DNA of 64,000 nucleotides from Octopus sinensis (lineage: Eukaryota), in the NCBI RefSeq assembly GCF_006345805.1, contig NC_042998.1, positions 193,068,001-193,132,000 on the forward strand, in the 5' to 3' direction. A program made the translations under genes and the position numbers. The stretch's first letter is position 1; the number at the start of each line of letters is the position of its first letter. Positions 1-13,249 of this stretch are shown here, in pieces. The notes beneath the pieces are model-generated. The model saw only the letters and a program-made list of their open reading frames with translations, was not told the DNA's origin and ran no database searches.

Positions 1-2079
1 TATGATAAAAAAGAAGTTAAGTTAGTACTAGCATATTTAATCCAGGGGAGATTAAAAATAGCCGTGGGTAGCTTTCAACTTTTTCTATCCCTGGATATTT
101 TTTATCTCTATACTTACACGCTACTATTTACAGCTTCTTATTTCGAGATCCGCTGTTCCAAAACAACTATTATTTCACGTTCTCTCAAAGTTTATAAATC
201 CTTATGCCAAGCACGCGCGTGTTTGTGTGTGTGTGTGTGTGTGTGCGTGCGTGCGTATCTGTGTAAGTATCCATTTTGGAACTCCTGCTGCTGCAAGATC
301 GGAATCGAGAGACAACAACACCAACAAGGGAAACACTGTGTAGTAGCTCTACATGCGAGAAATAGCAGCCAAATATTCCTGAACTCATACGCTATTAAAA
401 AAAAAAGCTGTATGGTCACGACAGCAACGCCTTTGCTCAAATCTGACCTGAGGCTAAACACCAATGTGATAATAGACAGGCGGGTGATAAGCTCTAAACT
501 GGTCCGTGGTGAGTTCAAAATAGACCATTGGTTAAATTTGTGTGATTAGGGAACTTTAAAATAATACAACTCGGAAAATCTATAAACCGCTCTCTTTCAT
601 TCTAACAGCTTACATTCGTCTTGTTCTTAGAAACAGATACAGGAACAGTACAAGAAAATTGTTCTATTTTGGCCATTGCCAACAAGAAGAAAATATTGCT
701 TGCATCTAAATTGGTATCTTGCTGAAAATAGGAAAGCCAGCTTTGTATAACACAAAACGATATCGGAAGAGTTTGATGAGCAGAATAAAAAGTAATTTTT
801 CAGAAATATTTATTAGCAGCTTCGACATATAAAGGGTTCTTTAGCGAAAGGAAATCACAGAGTTGAGGAAAGAGAAATTCCTTTTTATTTACTGAGTTTT
901 TGAAGATGTTTTTGAATATTTATCTTTTAAAACGAAAAAAAAATAATAATAATTTTGATTCCCTCCCGCTCTCTTCAATATACTGTCTGTATTTTTACTT
1001 GATCAGTTTGTCTTCTCAAGCTATATAAATAGTCCAAGAATCCATATATCGAGAGAGACAAGTAAGCAAACAGAAACACACGCACACTACGTGAACATAC
1101 ATGCAGTTTCACTTAGTGAGCGTGCAATCATACACACATACAGATATGTATATGCAGATGTGTGCATGTCCGTATGCATGCATGCATGCACAGTTCTTAT
1201 GTAATTCTGCTATTCTTATGTCACCGAGTTTACCTCGTGTTGTTCAATCACTTCTGTTTTACTGGGATCGGCCTAAGATGTCTGCTTGAAATTGAAAAAG
1301 AATTCCAAGATATTTGGAGACTAGACAGAAGATTTGAAATCATTTGTTGAGTTTGAAGGGATGCTAAAGATTATGACTTTTTCGGTATGCTATAAATATT
1401 TCTCAGGCATTATGCAAAACGAAAGCGAAAATGTATTTCGCTTTGCTATAGAAATTACTGCTTTGAATTTTCTTGTTCGTATGACTCAACAGAAAGACGC
1501 TTTTTGCCAGCATTTCTTGTCATTTAATCTACACACCTACTCATGCCATCTCACTAAGATTTATTTTTAAAGATTTATTTAATGCTTGCATCATTAACTG
1601 TTATAATGCCTATACTGAATAGTTATTACTAACGTAGGAAAATTCCGAAGAGAAAATAATCCTATTGTCTATTTCCTAGCTGTTAACAAATAATTCAAAT
1701 TCTTAAAAATAATTACTGAAATTTCATGTTTATAATAAACTCCTCACAATTCTTTCTCGCTTGTGCTTGTTTGTTTTACAGAGAAAAATAATCCTCTTTC
1801 CACAAATAACAGTAAGATTTGATGGAGTAACTCGTGACGGCATTAAACTTAGAATTGTATTACGTATGTTTCTTTAAATATTTATTTCGCATCTCTTTAT
1901 GCCCTGAGCCACAAGTTTCGAAAACATAAGCATCAGTAATGCACTAAAATTGATTCAGCAAATTTTTTTCACCTACCCTGCGAATGATGATGCGTCTAAT
2001 AGTGAATGATAAACCTGCAAAATTTCATTCCTTCTTTCATTTAAATAGTGTGTTAATTACGATTGTTACTAATCATATA

Positions 2080-2605
2080 GGCGGTGCGCTGGCAGAATCG
2101 TTAGCACGCCGGACGAAATGCTTAGCGGCATATCGTCTGCCGCTACGTTCTGAGTTCAAATTCCGCCGAGGTCGACTTTGCCTTTCATCCTTTCGGGGTC
2201 GATAAATTAAGTACCAGTTACGCACTAGGGTCGATGTAATCGACTTAATACCTATGTCTGTCCTTGTTTGTCCCCTCTGTGTTTAGCCCCTTGTGGGTAA
2301 TAAAGAAATAGGTATTTCGTCTGTCTTTACGTTCTGAGTTCAAATTCCGCCGAGGTCGACTTTGCCTTTCATCCTTTCGGGGTCGATTAAATAAGTACCA
2401 GGTACATACTGGGATCGATATGATCGACGTTATCCGTTTGTCTGTCCTTGTTTGTCCCCTCTGTGTTTAGCCCCTTGTGGGTAGTAAAGAAATAGGTATT
2501 TCGTCTTCCTTTCGGGGTCGATTAAATAAGCACCAGTTACACACTGGGGTCGATATAATCGTCTGTCTGTCCTTGTTTAACCCCTTGTGGGTAGTAAAGA
2601 AATAG
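2080..2605 (+). mobile_element. SINE family A trimer (one tRNA-like head, 3 bodies, third internally deleted)
   Basis: Head GGCGGTGCGCTGGCAGAATCGTTAGC and B-box-like GAGTTCAAATTCC. Bodies restart at GTATTTCGTC (2312, 2496). 15-bp TSD TTGTTACTAATCATA at 2063-2077 and 2607-2621. Confidence 0.9.
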
Positions 2606-3958
2606 GTTGTTACTAATCATAGCTGAAGCTACCAATCTACTGACATCTATTCGAAAGCAGAAGAGAGAATCACACCATTTCCACGTTAATATCGAATTAA
2701 TCGTTTCCTACTTCTCAGACATATTTACCTATTTTCTGGTGATAATATATTTCTACGTCACAGAGATATATTCCAAGATGTATACTATGAAGTATGCAAT
2801 TTTCTTACCGATAATGTATAGCATAAAAAAGCGTTTTAGTGTTATAATTAAAATTTTTTTCATCAGATATACAGTAGGACGTACACTTGCGTCAGAAATT
2901 AATTAGCACTTCTCAAATTTCTACATTAAATAGGTTAAATCAATTAACCTTATGAGCTGTTCAAAACGTCTTACGCGATGAGAAAACTTAGTATGGTGTG
3001 ATTTCGGTCCTTGCGAAGCGCTACCTATATCTATTAAACAAAGGAAGATTTGTCTGCATCCGCACTCCAAGTTGTTGCACTGCTATGTCAACATCATAAG
3101 GCTGTAGACTCTCAAACTGCTCTGCAAAGAAAGTTACGTCATCGTTCTGCGCAACAGTGAACTCGCAACAAAGCAATAGTTCGAGATATGGCCACTAGGT
3201 GACAGCACATACCTTGAGTGAAGAGCAAATCAAGTGTGCTAATTAATTTCTGACGGTAGTGTATATCTAACGAAAACTGACAGACAGTTAATGGATAAAT
3301 GTAATATAGGTATGGGTATTAGAAATTTGCTTTGACATTAGTGGTTTCGGATTCAATCTCTTCATGCGATACCTTCGGTGTCTTTTACTTTAACCTCGGG
3401 TAGATCAAAACCTTTTTGATGGAAACTGTGTTACACAAGAACAAGAGATATCCTTCTGACATGATATCAGACTTAAATCGCAGCCTGGTTTGACACTAGC
3501 CCAAGGCCATCTCGTCTTTGCGTTTATTACAGACTACGTTGAAGCCTTCCAATAATATCTTCGTTATGTAAGACAGTATGGCATGATTTGGAGGGGCATT
3601 TGGCTGCTACTTCTACCAGATAGAACAAGCACATAAGAGTTCTTCGCATTGGCTCTAATTTAGTTACATCTTATGGTTTGCTTCTATGTTATGTTTATTA
3701 TAAACAAAAATATATAATCTATAAGCGAAGGTTCAATCCGATCAAGCACTCGAACGTTTTCAACTTTCATTTCGTAGGAGAATTTAGGATTAGATCTCCC
3801 TACTTGCCAATAGTCAGGGAGGCCCTGAAAAAGAATCAAGAACATTGTTGTTCTTTTCTTTGAACAGACTCCCTCAAGTTCATGAACCAACGGTCTGATA
3901 AATTTCTACATAAATAACGAGATTAGCATTTCTAACTGCTCAAGAGATTAGTGAATTC

Positions 3959-4371
3959 GGATCTTTTCGGTTTGAACGGCAGTTTTTTAAAATAATTTCT
4001 AGGTAACTAAAAAATTTTAAACTTCGTATACTGGTAGAATGTGTTTATAAAACATCTTTTTCTCTTGCCTTTATTGAGAAAATTCTATAGTTTGTAAGAT
4101 ATTTGTTGTTTTTTTCTTCAATTTCTGAAATTTCAACCAATCACTGACGTCTATTGAGGTAAGAAAAACATTCTGTGTCGTATGAATATGTCCCTCGTTT
4201 AAGAAATAGATTGGGTTTATTTACATTTGTGAAGAAAAAAAGATACTCTTCCCCCCACCCTAACCCTAAAACAGATTGAAATGCAATAGATTGATACTAG
4301 GGTAATAATTATGGGTGACAATTTCATATGACACCGCTAGAAAACAACTGCCGTTCAAACCAAAAAGATCC
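3959..4371. mobile_element. MITE family D (Merlin-like non-autonomous DNA transposon)
   Basis: TIRs GGATCTTTTCGGTTTGAACGGCAGTT and AACTGCCGTTCAAACCAAAAAGATCC. 8-bp TSD GTGAATTC at 3951-3958 and 4372-4379. Orientation opposite to the copies at 28598 and 61266. Confidence 0.9.
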
Positions 4372-4416
4372 GTGAATTCCATGATAACCATTGTAATAAA
4401 TGTTTCTCTATTAACG

Positions 4417-4685
4417 ATACGGCTGCGGGGTCACTCCGAAAAGCTCTACCTGCGACGATTTCATCTCAATCGAAGGAGAGGAGCTTTCTCCGTCCGGGTT
4501 GCGGATCCGTGGAACAAGCTGACAGACGAGATGGTGAAGATGCTGACGACCGCTTTGTTCAAAGCCTCCCTTGACCTCAAGTGGCCTGAACTCTTTACAT
4601 GAACACCACCCTGTACTTAACTCCATGTCCCCCTACATGGCCTTGCTATTTGCTTTTGAGCCAAATTAACTAACTAACTAACTAA
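4417..4685 (+). mobile_element. 5'-truncated CR1/L2-like LINE 3' end
   Basis: Translates LRGHSEKLYLRRFHLNRRRGAFSVRVADPWNKL...FKASLD, matching the CR1-type ORF2 C-terminal motif RGH...R...FS.RV...WN.L. Short 3' UTR and (TAAC)n tail. Confidence 0.8.
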
Positions 4686-4938
4686 GTGTTTGAGTACTTC
4701 AATTTATTTAAAGATTACATGATTCCGTTCATACACTGACATAACATATAAGTAACCCCCAACATGTCACCAGACTAGAAGAAAAATAAGGGAAGCCCAT
4801 ACTCAATAGTTCGAGCGGCTAGAAATGGCAGCCAAATATGTTAAATTGTATACCGACTCTTTCCAACAACACATATTCAGATTGTTTTAGTATAAATCAA
4901 AATCACTTGGTCATGCTGAGTTCAGTTATGTCAGATAT

Positions 4939-5339
4939 ACTCTTTTATTCTTTTACTTGTTTCAGTCATTTGACTGCGGCCATGCTGGAGCACCGCCTTT
5001 TTAATCGAGCAACTCGACCCCGGGACTTATTCTTTTGTAAGCCCAGTACTTATGCTATCGGTCTCTTTTGCCGCTAAGTAACGGGGACATAAACACACCA
5101 GCATCGGTTGTCAAGCGATGTTGGGGGGACCAACACAGACACACAAACATACACGCATATATATATATATATATATATACGGGCTTCTTTCAGTTTCCGT
5201 CTACCAAATCCACTCACAAGGCTTTGGTCGGCCCGAGGCTATAGTAGAAGACACTTACCCAAGGTGCCACGCCGTGGGACTGAACCCGGAACCATGTGGT
5301 TGGTTAGCAAGCTACTTACCACACAGCCACTCCTGCGCC
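4939..5339 (-). mobile_element. SINE family B (tRNA-like head, CORE-like CCTTGGGCAAGTG, internal TA/TG microsatellite, GTAAAAGA tail)
   Basis: Matches the copies at 29146 and 51041. Flanked by a 48-bp direct repeat at 4891-4938 and 5340-5387. Confidence 0.9.
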
Positions 5340-7143
5340 TATAAATCAAGATCACTTGGTCATGCAGAGTTCAGTTATGTCAGATATGCAGTAACGTTGA
5401 ACCTGTTCTATAATAAACTACATTGTGTATGTTAGATATATTGATAGAAACTTCAATGGAAGTGTGTCAGTTTAAAACTGATGGTCACAAAAGTGCAGAG
5501 AACTATAGAAGACCATATTGACCCTGCAGGACGTTTTGAAGTAAAAGTGTCTTCATAATAAAGTTATATAAAGTTTTATAGTCTTTCGTCGATAATATAT
5601 GATGATCTCAAGATATAGAATGCTGCTTACTTTGAACCCAGAGAAGCAATTGATTTTGTAAATATGATATTATATAGTGCATGCACTCTTCTGTTTGTTG
5701 GGGTCCAAAGGGAGAAATAGAGTCAATCATAGCAATGCTTAAGAATGAATACACCCAGAAATGCCATTAGAAAATGTCACCCGACTGAAAAAGGTAAAAG
5801 AGTAAGAAAGAGTATATAATCTTCCAAAATATAATCTATTTTAAACGCTTGGAAATGCGTTAAAAACTTTTGATTTTTAGCATCACAACTATGATATTTA
5901 CTTTTTAAATAGCCCTTAATTGTGACTTATAATACTATCTAATTCCAAGAACAAAATCGAAATATGTGTCTTATGTCTGTTAGGACTGATTCACATCACT
6001 TAATGCCCTTAAGGGTCAATGCTTTTTAGATAATGATAAACACCACAACTATAGAGTTCTCTTCACATGAAGTCAACAGAATTAGTTCCTCACCAATAGA
6101 TGCCCTTGATTAGGAAAAGACCGAAGAGGGGAAATACTAACATTTAACGTTTAACTTTATTACTTTGGTGTTCTAATAAAGAATTCTAATTTACAAGATA
6201 TTGAACTTTGTCGAGGCGCTCATTATTTGAACATATCTATTTCATTTCATTGAAACATTCGTCTCTTTCCAACATAAGCCTGTTGGACTTGTTGCTTCAT
6301 TTCCCCCCAATTCTTTATTCAATCTCATATCTGTGATACTTTCCAATAATAAAAAAATAAGCAACAAAAGACTATTTATAGTATAATTGATTCCATTGTT
6401 ATTAATATAACCTGCAGACACTGTCTTTAGTTTTAAGAATGTTCTAACACCATATAGCCGTCAGATGAAAGGTTACTGTTAAATACAGCTTGTAATAAAA
6501 GAGGGAAAATAATTGGATACAAAGTAATAATTAAGTTAAGAAACATTTCAATGACAGAGTGTGAACAAAAAATAAAAAAAAAGAGTTAAATAAATGTCTG
6601 CGAAACCTGGAGACTGCCTGGAGAAATAAAATTGTTGGAAATATCTGCAAATGAACTAAGACAGCCAAAGGGATTGAGTATCTAATTATAGCTGAAAAAC
6701 GAAATAATAAAATATTCTCAGAATTACAACTATTCTGTTACCAATAGAATATGTTGAACAGACTAAGGGGAATGAAATCTCACAGCAAATGTTTTTGCAA
6801 ATACGGAAATGGAGACAAAGAGATGTTACTAAGATGAAGAATTAGATGTACAATGAGAACATATTGAAAATTTCGGTAGAAAGAGCAACCTGGTATTAAT
6901 TACGAGACATGTGTTTCGTCTTGTATTGTTTCGTCTCTTGGCAGCTCGGTGATTCGAGATTATCAAGGAAGGAACTGTTTGTGATAGAAAATCATTTTAG
7001 TTTGTGTCACCTACTGCTGAGAGAGAGAGAGAGAGAGAGAGAGTCATCACCATATTTAAGAATTAGAAGAATAATAAACTTAATATTGTTTCGAAACATT
7101 TATAAAGAACGTATTAAATATAACGTCAATCTGAATAACTAAT

Positions 7144-7533
7144 GGTTTGGAAGCACTCCATTGGTTACGACGATGAGGGTTCCGGTTGATCCGAATCAAC
7201 GGAACAGCCTGCTCGTGAAATTAACGTGTAAGTAACTGAGCACTCCACAGACACGTGCACCCTTAACGTAGTTCTCGGGGATATTCAGCGTGACACAGAG
7301 AGTGACAAGGCCGGCCCCTTGAAATACAGGTACAACAGAAACAGGAAGTAAGAGTGAGAGAAAGTTGTGGTGAAAGAGTACAGCAGGGATCACCACCATC
7401 CCCTGCCGGAGCCTCATGGAGCTTTTTATGTGTTTTCGCTCAATAAACACTCACAACGCCCGGTCTGGGAATGGAAACCGCGATCCTATGACCGCGAGTC
7501 CGCTGCCCTAACCACTGGGCCATTGCGCCTCCA
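7144..7533 (-). mobile_element. SINE family C (tRNA-Arg-like head, TTCCA tail)
   Basis: Minus-strand head GGCGCAATGGCCCAGTGGTTAGGGCAGCGGACTCGCGG. 13-bp TSD CTGAATAACTAAT at 7131-7143 and 7534-7546. Confidence 0.9.
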
Positions 7534-7933
7534 CTGAATAACTAATAATAAACAGGGGAACGATGGAATCAAAGGCTTGAGTAACAGATAGGAATTGAGG
7601 AAAAAGTGCGGAGAGAGATAATCAATTTTGTATCACAATATTCTCCAGTGAAACGGTTCGATTGTATCATAAGATTCTTGAGGGAACCGTCTTGAAATTA
7701 TTCCTTGTACATAAGTCTCCTGTTCTCCCACAGTTCTCTGCTTTATTATCTGCACTGCGAGTTAGAATTGACAGCAATATTTGTTGTTGCTGCTGTTATT
7801 TAGCCCTAAGCCAGTTCTCATTGAGTAGGCCTATGTAAAGCGTTCCAGTTATGGCCACATCGTCATTTGTTGTAATAGTTTATATCAGGCTGTCATCTCA
7901 AGCATTTCCAGCAGATTGTGTGACCACGTAGAG

Positions 7934-8078
7934 CAGGTACGGGCAACCTTTGACGAGAAGCGGGCCACAAGAGACATGGTTCATTACCTGGAGGGGCACA
8001 CTACTAATAAGTCCAAGGTAATTTTCCGTTAGTCGTGCCATTCAGTAAGTCCCACGGGTCGCAAGTTGCTCATGACTA
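7934..8078. mobile_element. Small hAT-like MITE remnant
   Basis: Imperfect TIRs CAGGTACGGGCAAC and GTTGCTCATGACT resemble hAT-Charlie ends. The SINE A that follows inserted at the right TIR. Confidence 0.4.
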
Positions 8079-8079
8079 A

Positions 8080-8310
8080 AGGCGGCGAGCTGGCAGAGTG
8101 GTTAGCACGCCGGGCGACATGCTTAGCAGTATTTCGTCTACCGTTACGTTCTGAGTTCAAATTCCGCCGAGGTCGACTTTGCCTTTCATCCTTTTGGGGT
8201 CGATTAAATAAGTACCAGTTACGCACTGGGATCGACGTAATCGACTTAATACCTATGTCTGTCCTTGTTTGTCCCCTCTGTGTTTAGCTCCTTGTGGAAA
8301 ATAAAGAAAT
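8080..8310 (+). mobile_element. SINE family A monomer
   Basis: Full head and body. 17-bp TSD AAGTTGCTCATGACTAA at 8063-8079 and 8311-8327. Confidence 0.92.
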
Positions 8311-9320
8311 AAGTTGCTCATGACTAACGTAGATCATTCTTCACTGGATCGTGGGGCGATATTAGATTGTTCAGGATACAACATAATATGCATGAAGATT
8401 TTAGGACTCGAATCTCCTCAGAAAAAATGACATGATCTGTTTGTTACAACTCATAACTTTAAACGTAGTTAAGTTTGGAAAAGGTAATTGTAATTATGAA
8501 AATGTCATTAAAAATATATAAATGAATTAAAATTATATATTTGTGACAAAGTTTTCAAAAAATTAATTAATGTCTTAACAAACAGAATTAAGAGAATAAA
8601 AGTAAGTTAATGTAATAAAAAAATTTAGAGACAATCCAATAATTACAAAGAAATAAAGAGAAATGGTGAAGTTGATAGAATATTTTAGAAGCTGGCGAGT
8701 GAGAAAAAACTGAGCTAAAATCTAATAATAATACCAACATTACAACAGCAGTTACTTTTACTTCAACATAACATTTTCTGTTTATATCAGCACTAAATTT
8801 AACAGTACTATGCGGAAATGAGATATTGCAGATAAATCCGGATAAAACAACATCAAGTAAGACAAAATCTACAACGTTTTTCTGGCTTCTTTAAACCTTC
8901 AAAGAAGGTACTAAAATATAAAACCGACAACAAATGCGAATAAAGATATTTATTTATTGCTACCTGAAAAATAAGAAAACGATAAAAACAAATATACTGA
9001 TTTTAATGCTATTTTCTTCTCCTCCATAAAATGAGAGTGATTTTGTTTCTGTTTTTTTTTTTTAGATGTACGAGGTGCAGACAGCTCAAATGACTTAAGC
9101 GTCATGAATCAATTGATGAGAGTGTTTCCCCCCCTCCCATGCAAAAATTCAATTTGTTTTTATAATGGGACTCTCTCAGATGATGAGATAAAGTGATGAA
9201 AATATGGAACGGTTTATATATATATATATATATACGTATATTTCCCATTTGAATATTCAAATGGCAGATATACGTCACAACGTGTTGCTGCTACTGTTTA
9301 TAACTCGCTCTGAGATTTAT

Positions 9321-9364
<44 letters not shown>

Positions 9365-11789
9365 TGCTCCATTGTAAACTAATTTCTCTTGTTTTGTTTT
9401 GTGAGTTTCGATGAAATTCCCGACAGAATTTACATTTAGCTAGATATGAAAATTTGAAACATTTTATTCTAGTTTTCTAGGATTATCTCATCACTCATCC
9501 AATTTACTGAAAGCCTTCTGACTGGATTACCCCCAATGGACTCGAGTTTATAAGGAATAATCTAAATGATTTAAGCTCCAATAATTAGCCAGAAAACATA
9601 CAAAACGTTGTTCCATTAGTTTTAATATGATTTATAAAAGTATATAGCTCTGGGAAGTAATCCTCAAATGTAACATCAGAGAAATGAGTATGGTAATGGA
9701 CAAAGGTTGTCAGGGACATTAGACAGCACCGACCAAGTGTTGACCAAAGCAATGATAATCTAAACATTCTTTCCTTGCCAACAATTTTAACTCCATCTTT
9801 GAGGACTTCCATCTTTTATTCGAAAATTTGCTCTTCGTGATACCCAGAATCAATGCTTTACAGCATTGACTCTTTGACTTATACGCTATATTTATAGTAG
9901 ATTATATACATGGTAACCCGAACGATCCAGAACGTTGAGTCAAATCTCTTTCGGTCTGGCTTGAGACATTAACTTTTGTGTGTTCCCATTTCCAATTCTA
10001 TCCAATTCTAGCGGCTTCTTTCTCCTTGCTAACTTCACACACCGTTTCCTTTTCTCTCTTTCTCTTGGCCTTCAATTTTATTCCCCATATCATGCTTTCA
10101 TTCCTTCCTTACTTTTTCTTATTGCTTTGTCAGGTGGAAGGGAGTGCCTATGGTGCCTGCAAGACTAGTGGACGAAAGAGAAAGTTATCCTCAAACATGA
10201 GACCAGATCTAAATTGCTTGCAATAGAGTAGACACTACTAAAGGCACCCACTGATTAAATGGCTGTGTTAATCAGAGAGAAGGGAGAAGTCTAACATTCA
10301 AGTAGACCATATTAGGATTTGAATTCATGACTCAAGGAACGAGGATAAAATACAGCAAGGTGTCATCTTCGACACTAGAATTATTCCGTCACTCTAGACT
10401 GGTATTTATTCTTCGATCCTGGAAGGATGATAGGCAAATCTGACTTCGGTAAGAGTGAACGAAAAATGAAAAAAATGGAATAAGCACCGCACAGTATTTC
10501 GTTCGATGCTTAAAAGCCGTTCGTCTAAAGCTTACCTACAACCAAAACCACAACATAATTTCTTACTCAACCAGATAAAGAATCAAAAACGTTAGATACT
10601 TGATTTAGCAAATTTTTCCACTAACCATTCCATGGATTAATTGTAGACAATCATTAGTTTCTCTAGATTCTGGATTTAGTCTATTTTTAAATCACTGAAG
10701 TTTAAATGTATATTCGTAGTCGGTTACTTAAAATGTATAAAGAACTAATGCGAATTTGGCAGTTCCTAGATGGGATACACAATAAAAAAATAATGCCAAT
10801 TCTAAAAGAACTGCACTGATTCTCCTTTAATATTAAATTAACAAGAAAGGAGATCAGAGATTAATCTCTGAAGTCAAAGACCAAGCGAAGATAATTGATT
10901 TCAGTATTGTGAACAATATATATTGCCCAGAAAGAAATCAGACAATATCCAAATATCCTAAACAGTCAGAAGCTGATAGATCGTGTATTGTACTAAATAA
11001 CTATACCTTCGAACAATACGGTTATAACACACACTGATTGACTAACATCACTTAAAAACACGCGAAATATAGACTGGATCTATCGGCATTTGGTTTTATC
11101 GATTAATCAATAGAGATCCATTTCACAGACATCGGCCGAGCAGGCAACAGTGAAACCTCTCTGTTGAAAAAAACAAAAAAAAAAAAAAAAACAAGATAAA
11201 GAAAGAATATATGTATAAATAAAATAAAATAAAATAAAATAAAATAAAAAGGGGGAACGGCAACTTTGGTAAATTCCGATTTCTGGCTCACATGTAACTA
11301 ACTGTTTTGTCAGTCAGTTCTACAACACGAGACGCTAACTTCAGTTCGATATATCGATTACGACTCAGCCAAAAGGCATCTTAAATATTAAACTCCTCAG
11401 AAATAGCCACCTCATACCAGTCCTGTTCCACTGCTAAAACTATCGAACAGTTCTCAGTCATATCTAATCAGGAAGTATTGCTTTGACTTGCTTCACGCTT
11501 ATGCCCCAGCGCCTTATCCTTCTTATCCTTGTCTTCCATCAATCAGCTTTGCCATAGTTTCCTTTCTTTTCTATTTCCCCACATTCTCCACCCCACCCCC
11601 CGGTAGCTCTTTCCCTCTGCTTTGCCAGTCCAACGGTTATTTTATCTCTCAGATACTCTCTCTCTATATTTCTGTTTCTTCCCGAAATTTTTTTTTACAT
11701 CCGCCCCGTCTTCAGCCAGTGACTTTCACTCTTATCTTATCATTTATTGATATTTGTAAACGCACGTGTACCCTCGCCACAAATACATG

Positions 11790-11915
11790 TGGACACACAC
11801 AGACACACACACACACGTGTGTAACCACATGTATACATATATAGGCATACCTATATGTTTACATACATATGTATACGTTTGTAGGCTTATATATACACAC
11901 ATGTATACAGATATG

Positions 11916-11965
<50 letters not shown>

Positions 11966-12080
11966 TATATGTGTGTGTGTGTATGTGTGTGTTTGTTTGT
12001 ATTCACACACACGCACATATATACACATATAGGCATACGCACACACACATGCATATAGACCACTTATACACATGTTTTTC
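11790..12080. repeat. Compound (CA)/(TA)/(TG) microsatellite
   Basis: Directly visible dinucleotide tracts. Confidence 0.85.
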
Positions 12081-12266
12081 ATATGCTCCTACAAATATTT
12101 ATCTTAAGATCATATATAATTCCTTATGTGCATTATACATGATATAATGACAGTAATAACAGTGTCTATAGGAATCACAAGATACACACATATTGGGAGA
12201 TTGTACAGGCGATTAAGTTCTAATTCAGTACTACATTATTATTATTATTATTATTTTTATTAAAAA

Positions 12267-13030
12267 GGCGACGAGCTGGCAGAAACGTTAGCACGCCGGG
12301 CGAAATGCTTAACGGTATTTCGTCTGCGGTTACGTTCAAAGTTGAAATTCCGCCGAGGTCGACTTTGCTTTTCATCCTTTCGGGGTCGATTAAATAAGTA
12401 CCAGTTATGCACTGGGGTCGATATAATCGACTTAATCCGTTTGTCTGTCCTTGTTTGTCCTCTCTGTGTTTAGCCCCTTGTGGGTAATAAAGAAATAGGT
12501 ATTTCGTCTGCCGCTACGTTCTGAGTTCAAATTCCGCCGAGGTCGACTTTGCTTTTCATCCTTTCGGGGTCGATTAAATAAGTACCAGTTATGCACTGGG
12601 GTCGATATAATCGACTTAATCCGTTTGTCTGTCCTTGTTTGTCCTCTCTGTATTTAGCCCCTTGTGGGTAATAAAGAAATAGGTATTTCGTCTGCCGCTA
12701 CGTTCTGAGTTCAAATTCCGCTGAGGTCGACTTTGCTTTTCATCCTTTCGGGGTCGATTAAATAAGTACCAGTTATGCACTGGGGTCGATATAATCGACT
12801 TAATCCGTTTGTCTGTCCTTGTTTGTCCTCTCTGTGTTTAGCCCCTTGTGGGTAATAAAGAAATAGGTATTTCGTCTGCCGCTACGTTCTGAGTTCAAAT
12901 TCCGCTGAGGTCGACTTTGCCTTTCATCCTTTCGGGGATCGATGAATTAAGTACCGGTTACGCACTGGGATCGATGTAATTGACTATCTCCCTCCCCTAA
13001 ATTTCAAGCCTTGTGCCTATAATAGAAAGG
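12267..13030 (+). mobile_element. SINE family A tetramer (184-bp period); last unit has the alternative A2 tail
   Basis: Junctions AAATAG|GTATTTCG at 12498/9, 12682/3 and 12866/7. Last unit ends CCTTGTGCCTATAATAGAAAGG followed by (TTA)n. Confidence 0.92.
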
Positions 13031-13249
13031 ATTATTATTATTATTAAAAAGGATAAAATGCTCTGCATCATTTCTTCCAGCTCTTTCCGTTCGAAGTTCG
13101 AATTCTACTCTAGTCGACTTCCCCTTACATAAGTACCAATCAAGTACTGGATCGATGTGATAGATTTTCTCCCCTCAAACTTATTGGCCTTGTACCAATA
13201 ACAGAAAGAATTATTAATATCAACATTACATAGAAATCGAGAGGTGGAT

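Noticed and set aside
64-549. 161-aa ORF at the window start
   Set aside because: Non-ATG start, crosses a (GT)n tract, no recognisable domain.
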